Shown here piece after piece: positions 37,601 through 49,500 of a stretch of 64,000 nucleotides of DNA. The position numbers and the translations under genes were made by a program. Source of the DNA: Hydrolagus colliei (taxonomy: Eukaryota). The first letter of the stretch is position 1; each line of letters starts with the position of its first letter. The stretch spans positions 372,001 to 436,000 of the forward strand of contig CM068758.1 in assembly GCA_035084275.1 (NCBI GenBank). Direction: 5' to 3'. Below the pieces are notes generated by a model, which ran no database searches, was not told the origin of the DNA, and saw only the letters and a list, made by a program, of their open reading frames with translations.

Positions 37601-40600
37601 CCAAACAGATCCCACTACTGTACCTGACCTCCTTAAACTTAGATCTTGGCCACATCAACAACAAAGAGTGGCTACCGAGTCAGGTGAGTGAATCGGCCTG
37701 TTACTTTTTTCCAAAGTAAAATAGCCGAATACAGTCCGAACGAATATTGTTGTGGTGGGTTAGTAATCCCACGTCTCTTCAATCCAAAGTTGCTCCACTG
37801 AGTTGAGAGAACCTGAAGGATAGTTGACGGCCTGAATTTAAACATTTCCAATGATTTCTCCCACAGGCCGCGGTGTTTTTTGAAAATATTGTCCGGAAGA
37901 ACAAATTTTTTGACACGTAAGTAATATTTATTCAGAATCTACATATAAAAGAGGTTTAAATCTTATGTTTAAGCGCTATGTCAATGCAAGTTGTTGTTGT
38001 TCAATACGTTAAGGTAGCTCCCGAAGTTGTGATGAGCAAGGCTTTCTAAGAGTAAATGGAATGATTTCTGGTGCAGTTTGTTTCTTCCTAGAATGAAGTG
38101 AAGGGTGTGAATTAACACTGATTTGTTTGCGTAGCTTTTCACCTTCTGTGCTGCGAGGCTTCAGCTGTGGGGCAGTCAAGACCCTGAATTCTACTGACTT
38201 CACTCAGCTGATTCAAGTATTGAAGTACAAGCGGGTCAAACTTGATGAAAGTCAGGTAAGACTGTTTGCTGAAATTGTACGAGAGAGAGAAATGTTTCAT
38301 TGCATTTGGGTTCACTTTCCTTTGTTTATTGGTGAGTTTGAGCCAGGAGTAATTGTTATAGACAGTCCTTTGGGAATTATTACTCTGTTGTGTCAACCCC
38401 TCCACAAAAGTACTCCAGGTTCTGCTGGAATTGATGTCCTCGTTCAGGTAGCCTTTAACAATTGGTTTGCTCTCTCACGTTACAGCTCAGTTGCATATTC
38501 TTTCGACTAAAATCGGATGAAATAGAGGTCGAGGTAGACGAGGTCCCGGAGGATGTTCTGCTGTATTTCAAGTAAGTATTTGTCTTTTGTACATACAACC
38601 ATAAAAGGATGAGAAGTGGAAACCAATTCTGCTTCGCTGGAGACTGGTCCTCCCGTCTACTGACAGAAGGAATACTGTTTTTAAAGAATAGGCAACATAT
38701 ATTTTACCCCAAAGCCTCACACCATTTAAGTATTAAAGATATATTTATATCCACTTGTTTTAGCTCTGCAGAATTCAAAACAACTCCAGAGTGCAAGAAA
38801 TTCTTCAAGGCTGTTGGAAAATCGAACATTAATGCCTTACCAAAGGGATTAGGAAGATACCAATTGTTGCAGAACGCTAAAACCTGCTTGGTAAGAACGG
38901 ATCTTATTTGGTCTTCTGCTATGCTTTTGATTACAGAATCTGTTGTTCAATACAAAGATACTTAAATGGATTGAATTTACTGTACAGACATCATGTGGAA
39001 ATGGTCCAGTGACCGTTGTAACTGTTGAATTATTCTCTCATAACCTTAGGGTATTCGTGAAGGAAGTCTGACAGAAGACAATGTAGAAACATTAGGTGCT
39101 TTGGTCTGTGATCTCGATGGGGCCTCTATCAAGACGTCTCATGTTTCCATTTTGGAGCAATTAAAGCATTGCGTTTCATACACTGAAAGTCAAAAGTCAG
39201 TGATTGAAGCTGTACTCAACAACAAGACAACCAGATACGGGTATGTTTGGAGCTGATTTCCTTTAGATTTCTTGGAGAACCAATATCAGCAGGGTTTCGA
39301 TCTAGAGCTTGGAATAGTTCCTCTCAATCCGCTGCCTGCTGCACTTGTCATTTGCACGCATCCTAAATGGGACTCCCATTGTATTTGCTGTTTGACAATA
39401 ACCTTATTTCATTGAGACGTTGAGAGCCTTGACCTGAGTGTTAGTGTATGGCCTGGAATACTGGACAAATGACAGGGATTATTTCCTTGTAGTTTCTCCA
39501 GGAGATGAGATTTAGATTGGAAACCTCTGATTGGAGATGTGTGAATTCTAGTGAGAAACTGCGCTCAAAATACTTATTGGTGAACTTTTTGTTTGAATAC
39601 AGTCTACCTTCATCATGGACCTCATTGTCGTTGACTGACCTTGGAAACCTACCTTTGGCTTTCACCTTCACATGGAGAAGTGTAAACTTGGTGAGTTTCA
39701 ACTGGTAAAGAATTCTTTCAGATGAAGTTAAGGGTAAAAGTAACTTTCTTTTCCAAAGTATTTTGCATGCTGCTTTACACATTGGAATATGTTGTGGTAA
39801 ACAGTGTTACTCTGTAAACTGGATTTGTCTGTAGTTGACGCTTTATTGGGTTAATTAATCTCTTTGAGGTACTGACTATATTCTACCTTGCAGCCTGCCT
39901 TGAAATATGCCCTCCCAAGATTTCTCAAGAGATTGAAAACTACCAACTCACCGAATGCTGTCCTGGGATTCATCAATCAGTTGAAGTTGCACGCAAACGT
40001 TACAGAAAGTATGTCATTTTCTTACAGGATTGGTTAAAGAAATAACATTGTGTGTGTGTGTGTATATATATATACGTGTGTGCAGTGTACAAATGGATGT
40101 TATATGTAACAAACTGTTGTGTTTGCAGCCTGTACAAATCTCAAAGCGGTCGACATTGATGAGCTAACCCCTGTTAAATATGATGCTACCCAGTTACACA
40201 ACTGTTTGAGTGATCGCGTACTGAAGAATAACATATTTGTATTGGGAACTCTGTCCTTTGATACTGCTCAGCTGCACGTTCTGAAAAACAAACTTGTTAA
40301 GGTAAAAATCCGGCTTGAAACCTTCGTAATAATAAATAATTTGAGAACCAAAGTGAGTTTTATGTTTTCCTTTGTTTAAAACTGCTCTTGATGATCCGTG
40401 TGTAAAATTATCGAGCAAATGATGCAAAACGGAGTAAATTATTATTATTCCAGCGATACAGATTGTTTTATCCTTTCCCTTCCATCACAATCGTTTCACA
40501 ATTATGCAAGAATCCTTCACAGTTGATGTAAATTTGAGTTCTAATAACTGAGTAATGCTATGATGAAGACAAATCCACACTCTTACAATAAGTGCTCGCC

Positions 40601-43600
40601 TGTGTGCTGGACAATAAGACCACATGTTGGGATTGAATCTGATTGTTTGGATCTCTGTGATGCAGCTTTACCCCGGTGGGATCCCAGAAGCTGCAATCCT
40701 ACTGCTGGGCAACATATCTACTGTGTTCAACGCATCCCAAATGAGCAGCTGGAATATAACTCAAGTTGACACACTCGAACTAGTGCTGAGGAATCCGTTA
40801 GAGCACTTCCAGGTACTTAAACTGAGAAATGACGAGATGAGTTTGGATGGAAAGGAAAAGCCCTTTGATGCTCTGATCAGCCATGTTTGAGGAGATTGTC
40901 TAAGGGATGGATGGTGCAGCACTGATTGGTGGGGTTGGGTGTGAGGGTGGGTGTGCGTTTGGGGTTGGGGGTGGAGGTGGAGGAGGTGAAACCCAATTGG
41001 GAATCAAAGAAAGAAAAGTTGAAATGGGGCAAATGTTTGCTATTTATCTGGTGTTTCTCTGTGCAATGATAGCTGATCCGTGTTCACCTCTTACAGGTCA
41101 CGACCATCATTGCAAGATTCTTGGCCTTTGATGGAAAACTGAATGGATCTGCATTGAAAGCTGTCGGTGGTGCAAACCTGTGCCTTCTGAATGAAAACCA
41201 ACTGAGGACAATTTCCTCCCTGGAGTAAGTGATGAAATCTTTCTGATCCACAATCAGGCAAGCAATCAGGAACTGGAGCCATGGTTGCTGTTGATGCTGT
41301 TCTTGGTGTTTGGTATTTTGGTGTATTTGGGGTGGAATGTGCAGCCAATGGAAATATTTTCCCTTTTCTCCCACAGAGATGCAGGAGCTCTAGATATTTC
41401 TTTGTGCAGTCAGTCAAAGAAGAACCTGCTTTACCAGAAAGCTGTTGTTGCTTTGAAGGCTCAGAATATTAACCCGATCCCCCAATTTCAACTGTTAAAG
41501 TCGTACATTAGTAAGTCTCGGAATATTTACCTTTCATTCTTGTCCACTTCATCCATTCGGCCTTAGTTGAGTTCACTGAGTCTTTGTCTGTAAAACAAGA
41601 AACTATTTCAATAGTTATATTAAACATTTTTTTCCTACTTTATAAACAATAATAACTTGCCTTTTTGTCAAGCCATGACTTAGGATATAGCGTATGGCGG
41701 AGCTGAAAGCGGAGGTGGTTCATATACTGTGTTAAGCTGATGGCTCTGATTTTTCCCTTCAGGTGGAGCGAGACTGGTTGATCTGCAAACTCTGGCAAAC
41801 CACACAGTCCATATGGATTTTGCAACCTTCAAGACACTGAATCCTGAAGAAGTGACGGTTGGTACATGGACAATATGTTGGCATCACTGTGGTTGGGGGG
41901 GGGGCATTTCTTTAGCTGCTTCCCTTTGTCCTTCTGTTGGTTCCCTTTGGCGACTCTATGAATGACAGAGATTTGTTAAATGTTTCTCTTTTAGAATCTG
42001 ACAGCTGAGAACCTGATTGACTTACTTGGAAGTAACCTGCCTGCACTGATAACTGGATTCAATGAAACTGTTGTGATAGTTTGGGTGAATTCACACTTTG
42101 TATCTGAAGTCAGGAAAGTTGGGCTTACGGGAGGAATTCCAGATCCTCCTCTAGGTATGTTCCTCGTCAACGGCAAATAAATCTGCACATCAATTGCGGC
42201 TTTTGAAACACTGCTCTGAGGAGGATATCCCCCTCTGATAATGTTTGCACTATTTCTGTTAGATTTGCTTTGGATTCTGTTGTGAGTGTTTCCAATAGTC
42301 ATTAAATTCAGATGATTTTCTAATAAGTACATGACACTATTTTTGACAACAGATATATTTTATTAAGGATCAGATAAATGTAGTGCTCTATAGTTTTATG
42401 TATCTTAATACTGTACTTTTCTGTTTGACTTTTCCAACAGAAACTGTTTTATGTGAAGCCAGAAATAGGTAAGTTTCTTCTGTTTCCCGCAGTGCCGTTG
42501 TCCTCACACTCAGTCCAAAGTCACAAAGACTTGGAGAAGTCTCTCTCAACAATATGGCTAGATTGGTGATTAGGCAGTGAAGCACATGGACATTACAGAA
42601 TCCTGCCTCTGTTATCAGTCACAAAACCCACCTGTTTAACCGGTATCCTCTGTTTCCTTACAGTTCAGCGGTGAATGATTTCCTGATGACCCTCAACAGG
42701 ACCCAACTCTGCAATGTTGCCATTATAGACTACGCATGTGCTCGGGTAAGCTGTGTTCCGCTCTAGAATTCCACACAACAGTGTCTTCCTTCACGCGGTT
42801 CATCCACAGGGAACAATGTTGTAGTCCTTCCCAACTTTCTTGGTTCCCTATACAAATGTAGTCAAATTGTTGTATCATCTCCGCCTGTCGAAATAATACC
42901 TCTGATCGATTGTTTTCAGATAACTTAACAGTTTCCATTATTTGTCAACCGATTCCTTGCAGATTGAACTGCTGGCAAATCTATCCAGTTATGACGTGAC
43001 TGCTCTGTTTGACTGCTACACTCGCTCAAAGGCTTTGAGGGTCGCAGATGAAAAACCGCTGACTCTGTTTATTCAAAAGCTTGACAGAACCACACTTAAC
43101 CAGGCGTTGGACATGTTTAATAAAAAGGTAAGCCCTTATTGATTCCATACTGTAGGGGTACTACTGTAAACTATTAAACGCCTCCTTACTGATTCACATT
43201 AAACTTATTGGTGTGTTTCAGACTTTAAATATGTCTTCAATTGGTCTGGAAAGCAAGACAACGTTCTTTAACGCCTTGTGGGAGAATGTGAAGCTCAACG
43301 TGACCAGCCCTGCTCTCCTGGCCAAATGGTTTCAGCAAAGATTCAGACCATTCATTGCAGGCATTCCTCAATCAGTCCTGACTGACCTTCTGGTGAGGAA
43401 TGTCACATGTGATGGATACCAAGCAGTGTAAGTCTATTGTTTTCTCTTACAATCACCTGGTGCTGGGAATTGCAGAACAATCCTGGGTATAAACAGTGAT
43501 GGAAAAGAAGGAAACATGGAACAATAAACTGACTTGTGCTGTCAATTTGTCTTCACTTAGTGTGAAAGGCCTGAGTGATGGATTTGGAGAGATGCCACTG

Positions 43601-46216
43601 CCAACGAGACACACCATACTGCAAGTCTGGATCCTTAGATACCTGAACAGCACAGGTAACCTGGATCCAATCAGTATCTGTAAATCAATCATTTCTTTCA
43701 CATGTCGGCAAACGCCGAGTTTGTAAACGCACAATAGATAACCTTCTTTGCCATTCATCTCCAGGTGCTGGCTGTATCAGCAACACCAATGGCTCTCGAG
43801 ACTGGCTGGTGAAGAATTGGGGAACGTTCAGCAAACTGGCTGATATAAAGCATCTGTCGGACTTGAATTCCAATTTCAGCGCAGTAAGTGACTGACACAT
43901 TTTGTTTTTTTTTGAGATGATAAGCAGCAGGAGATGCTTTGTGTTCTGAAGACATCAGTACCAACAACAACGACAAAATTACATTGATAGAGTGCCTTTC
44001 ATGTCGGGAGGACGTGCCAAGGCGCTGAGATCAAAATGATGACATGAATTAAATGTTGCTTTCATTAATATTATCAAACATACCCCAAATATCTTGCTAA
44101 ACATCAAGTATTGTATTTGTTTCACCGAGTAATCTCTGTCATCATTTGTGGTTACGTCAAAAAATACTTTTTCACACGGAGTCATCTTTTCTGACAGGTT
44201 GAAGCAGGGGGCTTGCTGACTGTATCACAACTTGGAGAATTTGTGGGGAGAAATGGTACCTTGAGAAATGTTTATGACGTACACAAGCTTTTCACCATCA
44301 TCACAAATGTTACCGTGACTGAATTCCTGGACAGCTTTGCCTCGGCTGCCTACAGGGTAGGAGAACTTTGTGTGTTGTTTTTAATATAACCTGTATCCGT
44401 CAAGCACACATTTGGAGTTTAGTATGTGAGCACTGAGAGACAATGGCTCTGCCCTTTTCCATGCTGTGTTTATAGTTGGTTGATGTGCTCTCTGTCTCCT
44501 GGCATTGAAGCAGTTGATTTATTCCTAAATGTTTACAGAACCACGTGAAGCTGTCCCCTAACGTCACAACAGCTTTCCTGAGGGAGGTTCTGAACCGCAC
44601 TCAGTCGATCCTTTCAAACGCAGACTATAATGAGCTCTCCATCTGGTTCAACAATAGACTGGCATTCCTCCTGCCGGGACTCACCGAACAGTTGGTGCCT
44701 TTGGTCCTGGTCACTCAGAGCTGCAAAGGATCCCAATTCATGTAAGTTTGATGCACTTTGTTTATACTCAGTGGATTGGAGTCCCAAAGTGAATTTCATA
44801 TTAAGCGTTTGTAAATTTAGTGGTAGCTTTCTGTTTCATAAATTATGTTGTACGTTGGTGACATAACCCTCTAATGCCTTGAATTTGACCTTTTATAGTG
44901 TATCTGTGCTGAGCTCCATCAAGCCACCGTTGTATTCTGATATTCAAGAAGCCATTTATGCAAAGATACTACACTTTAATAAAGGTAACAACACAGATTT
45001 CATCCATTAGAACCTCGCAATGCAATTTAACCCAACGCAGTTCCCACCATTTGAAGTACTAAATGTTGCTGTTTGTTGGGTATTGTCAATAAGCAGGAAT
45101 GATGCTGTGGGCAACATTACATTGGTCATCGTTTAACCTAATCTCATTTTTGTGGCTATTTGCTTCAGCGCCTCGGGACGTCCTCCCAACATGAAAGCTG
45201 CTAATCCAGCTCAATAGAAACAACAACAACAACAACTTTGATCCACGCCGGACGGCGTCTCAGAGCGTTATTGAGTAAGACATCATTGAATAAGATGGGA
45301 GCTTGAACTGAACGTTTTTTCCACTTTCTTTCCAGAATTCCCCCTTCGGTGCTATGAAAACAACAATTTTGTTGTTTATCTGAACAACACCTTCCGAAAT
45401 TTCTCTAAACATTTGAGTTTGACGGATTTGGTCTCATTGATACCGAAGAACAGAGCAGCTCAGGTAAGAACACCAACAACAAAATGACACTTGTATAGAC
45501 GGCGCCTTTCCCGTCAGCAGGACATCCCAAGGCGCTGGACAGTCACTGTGTCAGTCCCGAGCTGGGGACAGGGTGGGGAGGGAAACGGGGGTATTAGGAG
45601 TTGCCGGTGGGACCATATTTAAGTTCAATCATTTTTTTGTCTGTTTTTCTTCCAGGTTTTGAATGCGACTGAACCCACAGATGTGGCTGATTTGCTGAGC
45701 AGACCTGAATTCATCGATGACAACAGCAATCTGACTCTGTTGTTACTGAGCTACCAATCCATCCAGAAACTAGGAATATTTGTGGACAGATTCAACCAAA
45801 ACAGTCACAATGTAAGTGGCAGATGGTTTAGAACAGAACGCAGCATCTCTTCTGGGTCAGTGGCTTTAGGCCGACGTTAATAATGAGAGGTCGAAATGTT
45901 CTATTGTTCCACACGGTTGACAAACTCAGTCAATCAGGAATGTTGTAGTTGGAATGGGATTTTCTGTTCTGTGTGATTAAGAGAAGTTAAATATTAATGT
46001 TATTCTACGTTTACAGAGTGACCTGAGAGACACCACCCTGGCTGCCATCATGGAGGGTCTGTGGCCACTGTTTGCCAGGAGCTTGTCTGAACTGAGTGAC
46101 GCCCAAGCCAAGGTGTGGCTTGATGCCAGGCTGGAACCGTATCTGCCTTTCATCAGCCAAGACCTGCTGGCTTCTCAAGACACCCTGAGAGTGAAGTGCC
46201 AACCCTACAGAACAAT
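34642..46216 (+). CDS. Mesothelin-family (MSLN/MSLNL/otoancorin/stereocilin superfamily) giant protein, repeat unit 1: 32 exons, 1,428 codons
   Basis: Exons (all AG/GT, phases compatible): 34642-34730, 35065-35201, 35766-35890, 36193-36358, 36613-36825, 37186-37356, 37543-37683, 37867-37916, 38135-38255, 38486-38571, 38764-38890, 39050-39240, 39603-39690, 39894-40008, 40129-40301, 40666-40812, 41097-41224, 41377-41510, 41763-41857, 41995-42154, 42441-42468, 42664-42745, 42963-43127, 43222-43427, 43561-43655, 43765-43883, 44198-44356, 44539-44741, 44899-44984, 45336-45463, 45656-45811, 46017-46216. Sum 4,284 nt, no in-frame stop. Confidence 0.88.
36912..36980 (+). mobile_element. tRNA-derived SINE head in an array intron (copies at +11,901 and +23,802)
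   Basis: gtggttagagcactcaccttccaagcgtgagacctgtgtttcgaatccaggcaggtca, homologous to the heads at 12905-12965 and 26325-26400. Confidence 0.6.
38135..42154 (+). CDS. Mesothelin-homologous region (exons 9-20 of the unit; copies at 50036-54055 and 61937->64000)
   Basis: Collinear similarity to human mesothelin as I recall it: SPSVLRGFSC/SPRQLLGFPC, VKLDESQLSC/VKLSTEQLRC, LGALVCDL/LGGLACDL, RYGLPSSWT/PYGPPSTWS, QLHVLKNKLVKLYPGGIPE/QLDVLKHKLDELYPQGYPE, WNIT/WNVT, VHMDFATFKTL/VSMDLATFMKL, GLTGGIP/GLQGGIP. Confidence 0.92.
43960..44030 (-). mobile_element. SINE/L2 tail fragments in array introns (also 45165-45270, 45475-45540; repeated in unit 2)
   Basis: (AAC)n...gagtgcctttcatgtcgggaggacgtgccaaggcgctg, the same tail as at 13270-13330 and 24750-24820. 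Confidence 0.55.
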
Positions 46217-46542
46217 GTAAATACCGTGCGGGCTTTGTGTGTGGGTGGGTGCCTCTTCCACCGATAGCCAGGCTTCTCTCTCTCTCTCTCTCTCCCTTTT
46301 GCAGTGTAACGTCCGGCTTCATTTTAATTCTCTCATTCCTGCTCCCTGCGTTAGGCCGACAAACCGTCAACTCTCTCTCTCCGCTCAAACCCCCCCCCCC
46401 CCCGCCCCCACCGCCCTCCCCATTTATGTGGACATGTAAAACGAGTTTGGGTCAACTGCTCTTGTCAAATAATATTACCTTCTTATCTACCGTTTGGTTG
46501 TATTTAATTATTGAATGCTAAAATCTTGCAATTGTTATTTAG

Positions 46543-49500
46543 TGTGAAAACATTGAGTGCTGGATACAATTCTTTCGAACCAGCCAAACAGAAGGAAATC
46601 TACAATGGCATCAAAACGTACCTCCAAGAAGGTAAACGTTATTGTTATTTTGGTTAAAGTGATCGTAGTTGAGATGACAATTTGACTGTATCCATGTGTA
46701 AGGAAATTAATTTAGTGCAGCTCTGGTTGCTGGTACTTGTAAAGCTAAACCTAAAGCCAGTAAGAGATTTTGGCTGGTGCTGGTGGCGGTGAGGAAGAAA
46801 CTAGGAATCAGAATAATTTTTTAATTTGACTTTTAGATGAAAACATTAAAGACAGAGTCAAAGTGTTTGTGAAGTATTAAACACACGTTCAACATTAATT
46901 AGTAAAGTTGATTCTCAAATGAATTGAAGCCTTTGTGTAATCACACTTTTCATTCCTTTGTACAGCAGGTCCTAAACCCAAATGCTACAACGCCAGTGAC
47001 GCAGCTCTGAACTCTACTGCTTGGTTTGTTAACTACCTCGGACTATACCTGAGCCAAGTGACAGAGGCTGATCTTCTGTCTTTCTCTGATAACAAAGCAA
47101 AGGTAATTGTGAAGATAAAGTCAGCAGAAAACTTTTCTAAGTGTTTTATGCAGAAGAATAAGTTTTCAATGGCTCAATTCTCAATGCAATGCTTGACAAT
47201 TCTGCTGTTAATCAGATTATTAGCTGTTGTTGTTGGCTGTGTCAAGGAATGTATGTGTAGATCATTATATGGGTCATTCAGTTCTGGGTTGTATTTCAAT
47301 CCACCTCAACTTAATGCGATGGAAGTCACCAAATGAGATCAAAATTGTCTCTGTGGGTTGCCAACCATTTTTGAATTCCCCTTTTTCTTATTAGCCAATA
47401 TAAAGGTAACTGCTGTGGCCTGGCCAATATTGCCCCCGATTCCAAAATTCACAAAAAAAACAAAACCCTTTACATCGATTTGACAATTAACATCGCTGAT
47501 TATGAGAAGCTGCTACAAGAAATTGGCTTCCACATTTGCCCGCACACCATCCCATATTGAATATCAGACTATTTCACGAAGTGAATCATCACCGCATCAC
47601 ACCTATTGATCACTGTTCTTGGTTGAGTAAACGTTGCTAATTTCATTTCAATGTTTGTGTTTCCAGCTTCAGGAATTCGCAGCTGATCCTGACAATCTGG
47701 CATTGCTGGGAAACGTGACGTTGCCAATTGAAGTTGCGAAATTCTGCATTGCATTGGTGCTTGAAGGGAATCCGAATGTTAATATAATAAGGTATGGCAA
47801 TATATTTCCACCCAAAGATATGAAATCCAAGTTTCTGGTCGAAATCACCTGTCGATCATCGTTCAGGAGGTAGATATTCACAAGTAGAAATTGACTTAAG
47901 TTTGCCAATAAGTAGACAATGATGCCAAATGATTGGACGTTCTTAGTTTTTGATCAGTGTTACTCAAGTCACAAGGAGACACTCTAGAGAGCCATTTTGG
48001 GATGACCTTGTGGAGAGTCTCATTGGGGATCACTTAGTATCAGGGAGACCTGTTGGTCTGTCACTGACGCAGATTGCAAATACTGTTTTCCAGCCTGCCC
48101 GATTCTCTGATTTGCTTGATTGCTGGTACAAACGCTCTTCGGTCCGCGAATGAGCAGCAAGTCTTGGCTGTAATCCAAAAGAAAAACCAAGTGTGTCGGG
48201 TGAGCCCCAGCAACAATACAGCACGGCCTCAAGCACCTGTGACGGACGAACAACTGAAGGTAAATAGCAAAGAGCGTTTGACCACCTTGCTGCTCCAATG
48301 GGCTGTCCTTCAGCAGCCAGGTTTGATAATGTGGTCAATATGTGTCGCCTGAATAAACCTGGCACCCAATCTGTTGACTCTGAGGCTTTGAGTGAAGACA
48401 TTTGGCGAAAGGCACAGAAGTCCACGGTCATTGTTGGGAATTTTTAAACGTTTTTCAACTTGATGTATGCGTCCAGTGAAGCTTGAGGACTTACTCTGTT
48501 CTTGTTTCTACAGTTCTCCATATATTTAGTGAGCCAAATTACCAACTTCTCTGTGGTTACTCTGAATCAATTGGGGCAATCAGCTGTGGGTCTATCACTG
48601 AAGCAGATTGCAGATACCGATCGAAATAATCTTCAGCAAGCCCTGCCAAGCCTGGGGCAAGTTATGGGTTGGAATTTTGGACAAGTCCACTTGATTGTGA
48701 GGAATGTGTTGAGCAATGGCTACCAGGTAAGACTTGTATTTATATCTGAGTCCACAAAACGCAGCCTGTAATTATTGTGATTGCATGGGTTTTTATGCAA
48801 TATACGAGGCATGTTGAGTGGTGGTTAGAGCACTCACCTTCCAAGCGTGAGACCTGTGTTTCGAATCCAGGCAGGTCAAGGCAATGGCTTCCCAATGTTA
48901 GATGTCGTTTAGAGAAACCTTGAGGTGAGCACATCTCTGGGTTAAACAAACTGAATGACAGGCAGAAAGCAACAAGGGAAGCCAAATGGAAACGGTTTGG
49001 ATCAAACGATAAACCTCACGACTCAACTTTTGTTTCCCCCCCCATTACTCCTGAAAACCTTCCATTTGTTTTCTTTGTTGAAATAGATCCGAGATGAACA
49101 GACGCTGTTGAGTCTTGGAACCGTCATAGCTGGATGTCCAAGCAGACAATTCCAAAGCATTGAGCACAGACTACTCACCAATGTAACCAGAGACCCGGAG
49201 TTTGTGATCAATATTCAACAGGCCCCACAAGTTGTCCAGAGATTGATCGTTCTGAGGGTGAGTGATCATGAAATATCTGTCAGTAAGCGTCAGGAATATA
49301 AACCCAAGCCACGCCTTGTTTCCTATTGAGGATTGTATTTCTAGATTGGTTCAATCCTGCCTGCAGACAGTCATAATACTAAACAAAAAACTGCTTGCAC
49401 AGTGTGTTTTTGGTCAATTCTGTTGTGTTTAATTCCCATTCAGATATTGAATGCATCAAGTGGCAGTGCAGAAACAGTAAAGGACATTCCCCCAGGTCTA

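Noticed and set aside
42912-42928. Upstream acceptor ttttcag|ATA ACT TAA that would put a stop in each unit
   Set aside because: The acceptor at 42962/42963 (ccttgcag) keeps the frame and gives a 165-nt exon matching the 159- and 156-nt exons of the other two cassettes. The upstream AG is probably cryptic, though only RNA data can exclude it.
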